Shown here: piece by piece, positions 1 to 13,332 of the stretch
How the letters are laid out: each line of letters opens with the position of its first letter
How positions within the stretch are numbered: the first letter of the stretch is position 1
NCBI GenBank assembly: GCA_963693365.1
Contig: CAVNZM010000001.1
Coordinates: 9,130,907-9,194,906 of the forward strand
Reading direction: 5' to 3'
DNA: 64,000 bases
Source: Amoebidium appalachense
Taxonomy: Eukaryota; Protista; Ichthyosporea
Notes under the pieces: model-generated
What the model was told of the DNA's origin: nothing
The model's input: only the letters and a program-made list of their open reading frames with translations
Databases searched by the model: none
Translations under genes and position numbers: made by a program

Positions 1-20
1 ATACGAACACACACGCGTGT

Positions 21-73
<53 letters not shown>

Positions 74-505
74 CACACTCACACACTCACACACACACAC
101 ACACACTCACTCACGCATCATGACACAATGCACACTTGCACACTTGAACACAAAGTTTAACGCAAAAAATGTCTCAGACCCTACAATAATCTGCGTTGTT
201 CCAAAGTTTGAGTCGACCCCCCGGCCCCCGGCCCACCCTCTCCCCACACCGGGTGCACATCAGCTACTCAGTACTCCCATTTCACTTTCATCTCCCCCCC
301 CCCCCCCCCACACACACACACACACACTGTAACACTGGCACACACATGCACACATGCACACATGCACACACACAAACACATGTACACACACACGTACACG
401 TGTACACACTCACAGTGTCACACACTTGGTCCATCAACCGAGTATACTATAATAACCCGTTAATGAGGCTCTGACATGATACAGATATCGATGCCATAGA
501 ATGAT

Positions 506-555
<50 letters not shown>

Positions 556-814
556 CGACGTCTTCGATTCATGATGCATGTCGACGCAAATGTCCTGGTA
601 AAATCTTGCAAGATTTTTTGAATCAAAAAACCGGCTTTTTCACCGACAAGTCGATGACGCCGAGCACCGAACACCTTATTTTTGTTATAGCACCCCTCCT
701 CTAGTGTGTGGCCGTGCTGTCTTTGAAAACGCGGAAAGCCGCACACGCACACGAGGGGCAGTGCTCGATCCGTTTCCCAAAATATAAACCGTGTAAAACA
801 AACCACCATATTAT

Positions 815-1350
815 TAAGACCCCAGAAAAAAGGCTTAGCAGAATCAACCTGCTGTGGACTAAATTATTCTTGCACTGGCAGAATCCAATGCAATAAACAG
901 AATTATTCTGCAAACAGAACTATCCAGCAAAAGCCGGAGTATATATTCTGAGAAGTATTTTGCTAAATGCAGAGTTAATTCGTATCCTGCAAAGATTAAA
1001 TTCTAGTCTAAGACTATTCTGCTGAATTTGAGAGCAGGGTTAATTATCCTGCTTGAAGCAAATTGCGCGCCGCTGGCGCAAGCAGAATGGTTCTTAGTCA
1101 AGAACTTGCATGACTCTGCAAACAGCATAATGATTATGCCTGAGAATAATTCTGGGTCTGCCGAAACAAAGAGAATGATTCTGCTTTGTGGAGAATTATG
1201 CTGTTATTTGGCAGAATAATTCTGCATTTGCTGAAATAACTCAAGGTTGTGGAAAATAAAAAGTTTCAAAGAAATTGCAGAATAATTCTGCTTTGGCTGA
1301 AACAAAGTAAATGATTCTGCCTTGCGGAGAATATATATAAATATATATAA

Positions 1351-1392
<42 letters not shown>

Positions 1393-1592
1393 TTGCTAAA
1401 CATTTCTGCGTTTGCCGAAACAACGCAAATAATGTTTTGCTTTTTTTCGTATTATAATGCCGTTTCCTTTGCAGAATGTGCTTTTGCTGAAACGAAGGAG
1501 CTCGAGAACAAGTCTGTTTTTTGGAGAATACTTATTGACTGATAACAATTCTGCTCGGAGCGAGTTGATTCTGCTGATGTGCAGTTGGGCGC
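815..1592. mobile_element. Foldback MITE copy 1 (internal GCAGAATTATTCTGC arrays)
   Basis: Right end ATTCTGCTCGGAGCGAGTTGATTCTGCTGA..TTGGGCGC matches the right end of the 48681-49025 copy. The left end shares AGCAGAATCAAC with the reverse complement of the right end. The interior has many degenerate GCAGAAT(T/A)ATTCTGC units. Confidence 0.65.
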
Positions 1593-1796
1593 ATTAATTA
1601 GTATGCGTGCCGGGCGAAGCTGAGTTACCAAATTATTACTGTTTTCAGCTTTAAAGCACTCCCTATACACTTTTAAGGCTTACATATTTCAAATCGGATA
1701 GCCGCTAAAGGCAGACAAAAGAAAATAGTCACAAACCTCCTTAGAATAAAAGAATCATGAAATACTCAGCCCGTGGGTGCCACTAGAGCACTCTGT

Positions 1797-1845
<49 letters not shown>

Positions 1846-2007
1846 ACCCACACACACAAACACACGCACACACAGTCCAGACTCCCCCTCCCCCCCCCCC
1901 CCCCCCCCCCCTTCAACCCCCTCCCGCTGCCCCCCCCCCCCCCCTCCCCCCCGTCTATCGTCTATCCCCCCTCCCCCCCCCCCCCCCCCTTCTCGAGTTT
2001 CTGTTTT

Positions 2008-2038
<31 letters not shown>

Positions 2039-2201
2039 CCACACACACACACCCTGCCTTATCATCCGCTAAATCTGAGGCGCTCTCTCTCTCTCTCTCT
2101 CGGGTACTTATTTTTTTCCCGAACGGTTACCTATAGATAACTTCACCCGGGCCGGTATAGGCACCCAACCAAAAACGTGGCATCAATATGCTTGAACTTA
2201 T

Positions 2202-2236
<35 letters not shown>

Positions 2237-2324
2237 ACCGTCCCCTCCCCCCCTTCCCACCGGCCCCCAATCACCACCACCATGTATTAGTAGTACCACC
2301 GCAATCCCAAGCAGTCCCCATATT

Positions 2325-2355
<31 letters not shown>

Positions 2356-2450
2356 TTTTATAAAAAAAAAAAAAATTGGCGCGCAAAAACACGGGGTGTG
2401 TCGAGAAAGAATTTGATTGCAGAGGAAAAAAAAAACAAAACAAAAAAAAT

Positions 2451-2503
<53 letters not shown>

Positions 2504-2955
2504 TTGAAGTTGCATCATCACCACCGTGTGCGTGACCTCAAGTTTCATTCGAACCGTTGATTCACAGCTAAATTTTGGTGCGCAGTCGCCTAACTTAGCT
2601 TTTTTCTCGTTTAGTCTTTGAATTAAAAGGCTTCGGAGGTCCCTCATAATTATAAGAACTAGTATTACCGTCTTCCACTATGTAAGCACCGACTCAGGGT
2701 AGGCCTAGCTAATATTACATAGGGATTGTGTGTTGCAATCAGCCAAGTTATTCTAACTACTAATTAGCACACACACACAGCCCAGGGTTTTTGCCCCAAA
2801 ATCATTAATGGGGTATCTTGGACTGCTATAGGCATAGGACATGTTGGTAGGTGTTGGGTAGGGGTGTGTGTGTGTGCGGGTGAGTGGATGGGTGGTGATG
2901 CCAGTGAATTAGATCATGGTGGTTCTGCTGGTGGCCCGGCGGCGGTGGTGGTGGT

Positions 2956-3043
<88 letters not shown>

Positions 3044-3081
3044 TGTCTGAGTGTATTTGTGTGTGTGTGTGTGTGTGTGTC

Positions 3082-3112
<31 letters not shown>

Positions 3113-3534
3113 GTGTGTGTGTCTGTGTGTGTGTGTCTGTGTGTGTGGGTATGAACATGATTTCCCATCGCTCCAAATTTCGCCCGCCGATGATATATAC
3201 TGAGGGTTGTCTCAAGTATCATCCCCCCCCCCCCCCCCCCCCCCCCTCCCCCCCTCCCTCCCTCCCCCCAATCCCCTCCCCCCGCCGGGGGATCCTAGCC
3301 CGGACGGTGAGAGGTCTACCGTGCCTATGACAAAACATACGAGAATTATCAGTAAATGATGATCCTGTTCGTATATTTTCCTACCCCTACCTCCTAATTT
3401 CCTACACACACACACCAACATATGCATGTGTACACGGTTCATGATCAAGTGGTAAACCAAGAGGGTTATCCGTTGGGCCGCCCCCATACCCTTCAACAAT
3501 TACTATAGTACTATTATTATTATTATTATTTTTT

Positions 3535-3565
<31 letters not shown>

Positions 3566-3605
3566 GTGGAGGGGAGGGGGGAGGGGGAATCCTGGTCAAG
3601 AGGTG

Positions 3606-3658
<53 letters not shown>

Positions 3659-4104
3659 GGAGGGGAATTGGAGTCCCTGGGGGGAGGGGGAAGGGGGAGG
3701 GGGATGAGGAGGGAGGAGGGCAGGGGGGGGAGGCAGGTGATAGAAATGGGACTGCCCACCTTTTTCTTTCAATCGATTTCAACCGTGGCACCCTATAGCT
3801 ACACTCCCTCATACTCCGTTTCCGTAAACCGTAGATTATTGCGAATTCAGCCATCAACCCCACTATTTAGCCATTGGCATCATCCTCGCTAAACCCCTAT
3901 GTGAGGAACTAGCACTTCTGATGAAGCGCACATTGAGGTAGAGGTACATGTACAGTTTACAACACATCAGATGGAAGTGTGCCCCCGGCGCATCACTGTC
4001 TTTAGCAAGACGACTCGGAACTAGAGGGTGAGCCAATTCTTCAGAATCCTTGCACGATCTTGAAGGGCAGAGATGAAATCGGGCTCATTGCAGATCTTTT
4101 GGCT

Positions 4105-4139
<35 letters not shown>

Positions 4140-4886
4140 TTTTGTTTGTTTGTTTGTTTGCAAAACCGGTACATAGTGGCTGCTGCTACCAGGCAGACTT
4201 GAAAGTTATTAAATGTATTCATTTGTGACAGTTCTCAGATTTTGCGTTCTGGTACATTCTTCGACTACTTACTCACTTCGTGAAAAAAAAAACTATTGAT
4301 CTGGCCTAGCAGTGAAAATATTCGAGTCATGAAGCACACAACACCAGAGATTTTTACATGCTTGCCCCCAGAAACAAAGACACACAGTGTCTTCAATACA
4401 CACGGTGTATTTTTACATCAAATACAAACACATATACAGCTCGTAGCCATTTACAGCTGATTCTTTTGAGCAGTCAAATGTAATACATCCCATTTAGTAC
4501 TTAGTTATGGCAGGGGTTGTGAACAAGTCTTGTTTGTAAACCAACCTATAAAAAAAAAGGGCACCTATTAACAAATACGTCCACGTATTGGCACCGTTTT
4601 AAGCTAAAGCACAACTTTCTGAAATTTTCGATTCATAGTAGTTTCTGCATCAAGCGAGTGCATACAGCTATGTGCGGAAGTGTTGGTGTCGGCGGGAATA
4701 CTGTATGTGTGTAATAATTGGTCATAAGTGACGAAAAAGGCTTTGTCTGCCCGATATCTTTGCAGTCTCTGTTACCAACCAATCACCAAGATAAAGTTTA
4801 CTTCTCCTGAGTGCTTGTATGCCTCAGTCCCTTACCCCGAGAACCAACAGCTCAGCCACCCAATACCAGCACAAAACCCCAGCTAA

Positions 4887-5438
4887 TCATGCCGGAATTA
4901 CGGAGCTGTTTTCCGGTTTAGGCGAAGGGTCCATTCTTGTACCGGACAGCTGAAGTGGTGGGCTGTCGATGGCAGACGGTGAATTTGCAGTAAGAGATCC
5001 ACTCGAGCCTTTTCGATTTACCATGGAAAGACTTCTTGCAAAATGATCCTCCACCGCTACGGTACTGTGTGCATGTGCATACGGTGCACTAGTCGAGCTC
5101 AATGGTGCGGAGTTTTGGCGGGAATATGGCTTATGTCTGCGTGCTTGTGGCGACAGGCTGGCGCTACCGCCCACGTGCTTGACGTGCCCGTGCTTGAACC
5201 GGTTGAGGGACTGTTGGAAGTGATCATCGACGGAAATTGAAGAAGGGGCGGGAGAGACTGGCGAGGAATGAGTGGGGGTGTTTGTCTGCTGATGGTATTT
5301 TTCGGCCACCGCTGCGAGCATGAGAAGTGGTGCATGCGCTGCGAGATAGTCCAAGTTGTGCATTGGAGACTGGGTGGGGTCTGGGTGCACGGCGTATTTT
5401 GCGCGGCTGGCGGTGGAGCTGTATGCATCCATCCTCAT
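4887..5438 (-). CDS. Vestigial-like (VGLL4-type) protein with two Tondu/TDU motifs; may have an upstream exon
   Basis: 183-aa ORF with SISVDDHFQQSL and TVAVEDHFARSL, matching the VGLL4 TDU consensus V(D/E)(D/E)HFxx(S/A)L, in a Ser/Pro-rich low-complexity background. An in-frame basic RKRKRKK lies just upstream of the ATG. Confidence 0.7.
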   Translation of the reverse strand: MRMDAYSSTASRAKYAVHPDPTQSPMHNLDYLAAHAPLLMLAAVAEKYHQQTNTPTHSSPVSPAPSSISVDDHFQQSLNRFKHGHVKHVGGSASLSPQARRHKPYSRQNSAPLSSTSAPYAHAHSTVAVEDHFARSLSMVNRKGSSGSLTANSPSAIDSPPLQLSGTRMDPSPKPENSSVIPA

Positions 5439-6946
5439 TTTCTTCCTTTTCCTTTTCCTGTTCCTCTCCTCGGTTGGTTGTGGAAAGTTTAGCGGCTTAC
5501 AGAGTGTGGAATAAAAAACGAAGGCGTGGAATTATAAAACTAAATTTAGTTATCGTATTCACTGAGTATTATGTGTGGAGTGTCACGGTATGGGTAATAG
5601 TAACGCAGCCGAATGTGCTGATCTTGTTTTGGTTTCTCGTTCTGGTCAAGTTTTGCTTCTGGTCTTTTGACGCAGCGTGTTTACGTTAGCAAGGATTGTG
5701 TCTGAACGAGAAAGAGCACAATTCTAAGTGTAAATGAAACAGACAAACGCAGATAGTAAACTTGAAGGCAATGAGAATGAGAAAACAATGTTGTTGCGTG
5801 CAAGAAACTTTGCGTTGACCGAGGTTGTTGGTCTGAAGGAGTGAGTTACAAAAAGTGGACAGAGAGTCTTTGAAGTGTGCGAAAAACAAAAGAATGCATG
5901 GACATTCATAGTTGCTTTCTGAGTTCCACCAATCAACTTAATGCACCAATCGGAAAGGCTTTTGGCATCCTCCAAGGCAAGCATTTGTTTACGCATGACA
6001 TTTGATGGCTTAAAAATTTACAAAATGTTAAAATAGCGTTAATCTCTCAATAAATAGATTCTTTATCTTTTATGATTAAATCCTATTCATTCTGCTGAAT
6101 GCCGAACGGATGATGACAGTGTTCAGACAAAAATGCGTTATATTTACTCATGATAAAAGTGCCTGAGTAGCTCTAAGTCATAGGCAAAAAGACAATAAAA
6201 ATGAATTTAGCTAATCGCCAAGGTTCTTTACAAAGTCACTCTCGCCAGGTGATAATGCTTTGCTGCACGGTGCAGTGAACACGCGGAACATGGCCCGGGC
6301 TCCGCTGCCGGCTGGCGCGACTCGCATTGAATGTCCGATGAAACATTTCCCACATGTAAAGGCACACAGCTAATAAATACTCATCTCTTTAGTTAGATTT
6401 TTCTGCTTATACATATAGATTTTGAATGCACACACACGCAAGCACTCGGAGGCGACTTGTAGCCACGTACGTCATTTACTCGTGTCGTGTTCAATTTTCA
6501 AAAGGGGAATTGTGCAAGCGCCTCACCGGATTGGTGGACGCCACCGTTTGAAAATCCGGTCACGCGCGCCGGCCCATGCAACCGTTGCCAGCTGCCAGCC
6601 TGGTTTCGAAACTTCGGGAAAGTGTGTTTACGACTCCGAGCTGAACTAATAAAACAGTACTAATGTTAGTAGCTTGTCACACGTGTTGGCAAGGTAACGA
6701 ACGATTCCTGAGTGAGTGGAAAATACCAAAGCACTTGGTCACGATTTACTGTGTGTTTTTGTTTCCCACTTCAGAGGTCCAATGAAAGGAACGGTTGTTG
6801 CGATGGCACTGATCGGGAGTATAACGCCGTCACAACAGGTTTCTTGTTTTCAGCACGGTACCACGCCTGAAGTCTTTTGCCCCTTTGTGCTGAATTTCTC
6901 CACCATAGCTACAATAGTGTATGTACCTCAGGTTTTGTGGGTGAGA

Positions 6947-8570
6947 ATGAGGAGAAATTTCTCAAAGTTCAATACTTTGCCCCTGCGCAAACGCGACAAT
7001 GTTCTTCGCGTACTGCATGGCTGCTTTCTGTTTTTGCTGATGCTAGCCGTCACAATCCCTGTATATGCAGCGTGGGTCAACAGCACCGCGAAATACAGCG
7101 CGGAACACGATAATTTTTCGGGAGAAATCGACCCAAACGCCACTTTCTTTGTACATAGATGACGTGAAATAAGTTAACGGTGTTAAAAAAGGCCCGGTGG
7201 GGTTAGACGACTACGAGATAATTGTGCAGGCCAGAATCCTAAATTTGGACATGACCAAGAACGAGCTTAAAACGGTGTCAAAAAAGGCCCGGTGGGGTTA
7301 GACGACTACGAGATAATTGTGCAGGCCAGAATCCTAACTTTGGACATGACCAAGAACGAGCTTAATGTCAGGTATCTGTTGCTGTTCATCGGTGATCCTT
7401 TGAGCGGGATCCCCGGCCCTTCCAATTACCCTCGCAGAAACAAAACCGTTTCTGTGGAACTATCGGATCAGATATGGATCTTTAACGGATCGGGCACGGA
7501 CGCCCAGATTCAACCCAAAGAGATAACACATTCGTTCGACTTTGGAGACATAAACAGGTATCCCTTTGACACGTACGTAACAAGCCTCGTCATCTGCCCG
7601 TTTTGGCGCGAAAACACTGCAAGGGCAGATGACCCCTGGAGCACTGCAAAATACGGCATGCAGGTTACGTCTGATACATCTGCATTTAGCATCCAAACCA
7701 AGTTTCTATTTGACACCAAACCGCGCTATGCAAACGGTACCTTGAATGTTACCGCCCTGCTGCAACAGACAGAGCCCCGGCCGGCATACACACTCACCAT
7801 CACCGTGGACCGCACAGCAACCACCGTCGGTTTTCGATTGCAATAATGCTGACTACATGGGTCATAGGCATTGCTCTCTCTGTTCTGACATTTGATGCTT
7901 GGCTGCGGAATAGGCCTATTGAGCTGCCTATGATTCTCGCCAACATCACTGCAGTAAGCCCCCCCCCCCCCCCCTTCCTCCTTCCCACCCACCCCTGAGG
8001 ATGGCCTCTGCTTATGTTGCATACTGCGCACATTGCTGATGTTGCTACTTGAATGTTTGTTGCATACTTAATGTTTGCCTGTGGATGTGCCCTGCACAGT
8101 ACGTCTCATCGTGTAGTTATACTTTGTACCGTGTTCAGCTTCCCCCCCCCCCCCCCTCCCCCCCCCCCCCCCCTCCCCCCCTCCCCTCCCCCCCTTCCAA
8201 AAAAAAAAAACAGAAGAAGAAGAAGAAGTAAGAAAGAAAAGTAACCTTTGCCTTCCCCCTCCCCCCTCCCCCCCCCCCTCCCCCCCCTCCCTCCCCCCCC
8301 CCCTCCCCCCCCCCCTCTCCCCCCCCCCCCCCCCCCCCCCCCGCCCCCCCTCTTCCTCTCAGGGAAAAAAACCCCTCTATTTCCCTCTCCCTCTTCCTTG
8401 CCTTACACCCCTTCTCAACAAGAAAAGGGACAAGAACAAACAAACAACGGAAAGAACGAAAGGGTAACAACGAGAACACACACACACACACACAGACACA
8501 TACACGCATACACACACACGCACGCACACAAACACACACACACACAAACACGCACATGCGAGCACGCACG

Positions 8571-8627
<57 letters not shown>

Positions 8628-9293
8628 GCACCATGCCCATGTGCAGTACTAGTCACCCTCCAGGACCTTTGCATGTTCTTGCGGTGGCTCCCTGTTTGCA
8701 CCACGTAGTGAACCCCCCCCCCCCCCCCCCCCCTCCCCCCTCCCCTTCCGCCCCCCCCCCCCCCACCTCCTCCCCACCCCTCTCCGTGACCCTCTCTTGA
8801 AACTAACACACGTTTTGCCCCTCTCCCCCCCACCTCCACCCCCACCCCCCCCCACCCACTCACCCACCCACCCACCCCACCCCCCGAGCCTTCGTGTGCC
8901 CAAAACTTTTAAAAAAACATTGATGATAACCTTAGTCGGCTCTATCACTTTGCGCATAGAAAAATGCAAAACAAAGACATGTCCAAATTTCATGAACTTG
9001 CTGCACATGCACTCTAGCGATGAAGACAGGCGCTTTCGCTATAGCATGTGTGCCGCCGAATGATAGACTGCACACGGCCCTTTGCGATTGGCTCAAAGTC
9101 ACGAGACCGTGATCCATTGTACTAATGCCATACGGCATGCACAGCAGATAGATTACGTCACGGCCTATGTACATATTGAACAGTTTTCCGCAGCCAGCTC
9201 AGAGCTGCACAGCATGGCATGATCATCTAACGGCTTCCCCAACCCCCCCACCCCCCCCCCCCCCCCCCCCCCCCCCCACACACACACACGCAG

Positions 9294-9381
<88 letters not shown>

Positions 9382-9506
9382 GCGCACACACAAACACACA
9401 CACACATACACATACACACGCGCACACACACACACACACGCCCTCCCCCCCCCCACACACACACACGCCCACCCACCACCCACCCTCCCCCCCACACCCA
9501 CCGCCC

Positions 9507-9567
<61 letters not shown>

Positions 9568-9896
9568 ACAAACAGCTCTTTGCCCTTCCAGCCCTCCGCA
9601 ACACGCAACCCAACGCACCGCCCATCGGCTGTGCGTCGGACCTCCTTTCCCTTTTTTGGGTCATGCTTTTGGTTGTTTTCAACGCCGTATTCCTTCTCTT
9701 CCTCAACATCCACCGGTGGAAAAGGCCGTCTCCCCCTACCCCTCCCCCGGCACCCATTGCCACCGACCCCTCCCCCTTGGCGACGGGCTCGCGAAATTTC
9801 AGTGCGGCCGCCGCCGCTCAAGCTGCCTCTTGGGGCCCCTCTGAGGCTGTGCTGTTAAGGGGTGAAGGTGACAGGACACGCAAGGGCTCTATGTGA
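6947..9896 (+). CDS. DUF4436-like multi-pass membrane protein, possibly disrupted
   Basis: Motifs [11 protein letters not shown] and, after intron 7954-9575 (GTAAGC..ACAG), [29 protein letters not shown]-terminal hydrophobic helix. Stop at about 7160, a 95-bp tandem duplication at 7176-7365, and a 1-nt shift in the T-run at about 7831. Confidence 0.7.
7993..8141 (+). repeat. Intronic dispersed repeat (CCCTGAGGATGG.. family)
   Basis: Alignable by eye with 63355-63500 (+) and 55131-55262 (-). Confidence 0.75.
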
Positions 9897-10676
9897 GATC
9901 GTAATGTAGGGCAGGATTGCGCTATTGATATCCAAGCCGAAGGGAAAAAAATAAGCGGATGTTTGGGATAAAAAAAAAGGTAGGAATGGTATATTATACA
10001 AAGTATAAAGTTTTTGTGGCATTAGAAAAAAAGTAGGAATATTGTGATGCATGATATTGGAATCGTTGTATGATAATGGAAACCTCCTGAAAGGTGATGT
10101 AATCTGCGTTGGCCGATTATAGGGAATGTCACAGTGAGTCATAATTATGGTTGTCAGTGATTGTGGTGGGGCAGGCGAAGGGGTGCCTGGGGGGGGAGGG
10201 GGGGAAGGGGGGGCCCTATTTGAGGAACTAAGCCGGTGCTGTCGAGTAAGAATGTTAAGGTTAATGACGTACTATGTATATGTATGAATGTAGGAAACCA
10301 ATACTTGTTGCAATGACGGCATTATCATACTACATATAAGTGCACTCGGACAATATATCTAACATTGCGTACTAGTGTAAGTATGTACGGTAATGACATG
10401 TTATGCCATAGTAATTCCCATCATCATGTGCCATGAGATTTTAATCCCTACGGTACGTACCCCCATTCAACATTGTCATGATTATGCGCATAATTTAAAA
10501 AAAAGTCCTGTAACGTTAGATAGTCTTGTGCGGCTGCAGCATGCGCACCGGCCAAGCTACTGTACCCTCCCTCCCACCCAACAGAAAAAAAAGCTTGCCG
10601 CGGTGTGTGTCACGATGTGTGTGTGTGTGTGTGAGTGAGTGAGTGTGTGTGTGTATGTGTGTTGTGTGTGTGGAGC

Positions 10677-10714
<38 letters not shown>

Positions 10715-10831
10715 CCAACGGCCCAGTGTCGACTGCCACTACTGGGCTTAGTGCGTGCTCAGTGTGCGCTGGTTGTCAGGCCACTTATATAAAACCGTGC
10801 ACCGTGTGACACCTGCAAGTATGTTCGCGTG

Positions 10832-10877
<46 letters not shown>

Positions 10878-11403
10878 TGCAAATAATGATATTGTGCACC
10901 ACATACACTGTGGGAGTCCGACTCCCTCCACACAGTCAAACACATGCGCATATATATGGAAGCACACACTCACAAACACGCACGTGTGTGTTTACATATA
11001 TGCCTGTGCACATTCAAGTACGTCATACATACACGCACACATGTGTGCACCTACGAGCAACTTATGTACCCTTGCACGGCTGCGGCATCAAACAGACGAC
11101 TGTTGCAAACAGTACGTACAGTACATCACACATGCAGAGTATCGATATCAAACAAACAACTGTACACACACAAAGAAAGTCACACAATATCAGTGTGCTA
11201 TGCTTACACACCGTAAACACACTCACCAGGCCTAATATAGGACCGGTGCACGTGGTAAGCAGTCATCATCTGCCACGTGCGCACGCACACACCAACACAT
11301 GCACAGAATGTGAATGCTACTATGGCAAGAGCCTTGGTCAGTTGGTAGCGCGATGCATATGTGGGGAGGGTTATGGTTCAAACATGTACGTGATTAATGG
11401 CGC

Positions 11404-11730
11404 AATGCATGTGTGGAGAGGGTTATATATGTAATTATGTTTGACAACGTGTACGCGTATGTGTGTACACTGTAGCATTTGCGCAATACTATGCATTATT
11501 ATTAGTATCGCAATGTGTGGAGAGGGTTATATATGTAATTATGTTTGACAACGTGTACGCGTATGTGTGTACACTGTTGCATTTGCGTAATACTATGCAT
11601 TATTATTAGTATCACAATGTGTGGAGAGGGTTATATATGTAATTATGTTTGACGTGTACGCGTATGTGTGTACACTGTTGCATTTGCGTAATACTATGCA
11701 TTATTATTAGTATCGCAATGCACATGTGGG
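11404..11730. repeat. Tandem repeat, about 105-bp unit x3
   Basis: ATGTGTGGAGAGGGTTATATATGTAATTATGTTTGAC...TATGCATTATTATTAGTATCGCA repeated three times. Confidence 0.9.
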
Positions 11731-12480
11731 GAGGGTGATGTTTGTGTACGTATGCACTGCTTATACGACAGCGTAGAGCATCGGAAAGCCCATAGTGTGA
11801 ACCACAAACCACATGAGTATCCATCGGGAAGAGAGGAAGGGAAACAAGTACGATGTGCACAGTGACGAACAGACAACACACAGGCAGACCCAACGTCTGC
11901 CTGTGTGTGTGTGTGTGTGGGGGGGGGGGGTCGACACAATTAAAAAGGAAACAAAATAAATCATGAGATAGCTCCGGTGTGGCACACAAACGATCATTGA
12001 CAGGATCCGGAACAGAGGTACTATATTTAGAGCCTTTATTTACTGAACACATTCGTGGGTGCATCTATCTGCTTCTTCCCGGTCAGAACGAAAACGAGAC
12101 TTGCACCCATGGTCTTGATTCGGATTTCAATCTCGCAAAAGATAAAAGAGGCAAAAGTACATGTCATATATCCACCATAACAACATTACTATTAGAATAT
12201 ATATATGTTGTCACGAACGAACACAAAAACATGCACCTAGCCCCATCCCCCAAAAGTTTTACTAGTCATACAAACTAAAGGGGGATTCAATCAAACTGCA
12301 TGCAAGACCCGCAAACTAAAGGGGAATTCAATCAAACTGCATACAAGATCCGCACACAGTCACCAAAACAGAACCTTTTTTTTCTCTCCTAAACACTCTT
12401 TCACTGCATAACAACAGCATTCTCTCGCGCACATGTCGTGAAAATATGCCGAAATTTGCAGCGAAATTTCAGCGAGAAAT

Positions 12481-13301
12481 TTAGGCGTTGAGCGTAAGAG
12501 CAATGCCGACCTTGTGTGCGTCGGCGGCGAGGTTCTTGGAGTCAACGTTCAGGCCGAGGGTGAGTTTGACGCCCGGTCGGAGGGTGGAGGTGTAACCAAG
12601 GCCGAGCTCACCGTTGTGGTTCAGCTTGGCCTGTACGTTGTGTGCGCATGTGTGCGATGTGAGAGAGGGGGGGGGGGGGGGGGGGGGGTAAATCGAGAGA
12701 GCAAGGACGAGGAGAATGTGTGGTGAAGATGAGAAAGATGTTAGTCTTTCGTTTTATAGCGATGCGCACACCCTCCCCCCTCCCCCCCCCCCAACACCCA
12801 CAGCCTCTTCTTTCCCTTGGACACCCTCAGCACTGCATGTTTCCACCCCGCCCTCCCTCCCTCACCTCCAAACCCCCTCCCTTTGCCAAATTCAGCTCGT
12901 TTGTGTTGTACTCTTTCATCCCTTCTGCTCCCCCCCCCCCCCCCCCCCGTTCCCTCATTCTCAATCTCTGAATGCCAATATCTGGTTTCTGCACTCCAAC
13001 TCTCAACAACCCCCAATCCTCCTCCCTCCCCCCCCCCCACATGCTCTTGTATGAACAAGGAACAAACACGCACCTTGAGGGAGGAGTCGCTGTCCAGCTT
13101 GTAAGCGGTGAGGACGGCAAAGTCCGTGGCGTTGTTTGCGGTGCTGAAGCCGACCTGTGCAGCGGCCTGCAGCTTGCCGTTGACCACCTGGTGCAGCGAT
13201 GCATTGACCTTCTTGAGGTCGGACCTGTGCAACTATAATCAGTGTGTGCGTGTGTGATCCTCTCAAACCCTGCGTGCTCAATATATCCAAAATAGTTTTT
13301 T

Positions 13302-13332
<31 letters not shown>

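Noticed and set aside
447-4100. Short unique segments between repeats that might be exons
   Set aside because: Stops occur in the plausible frames and I recognised no homology.
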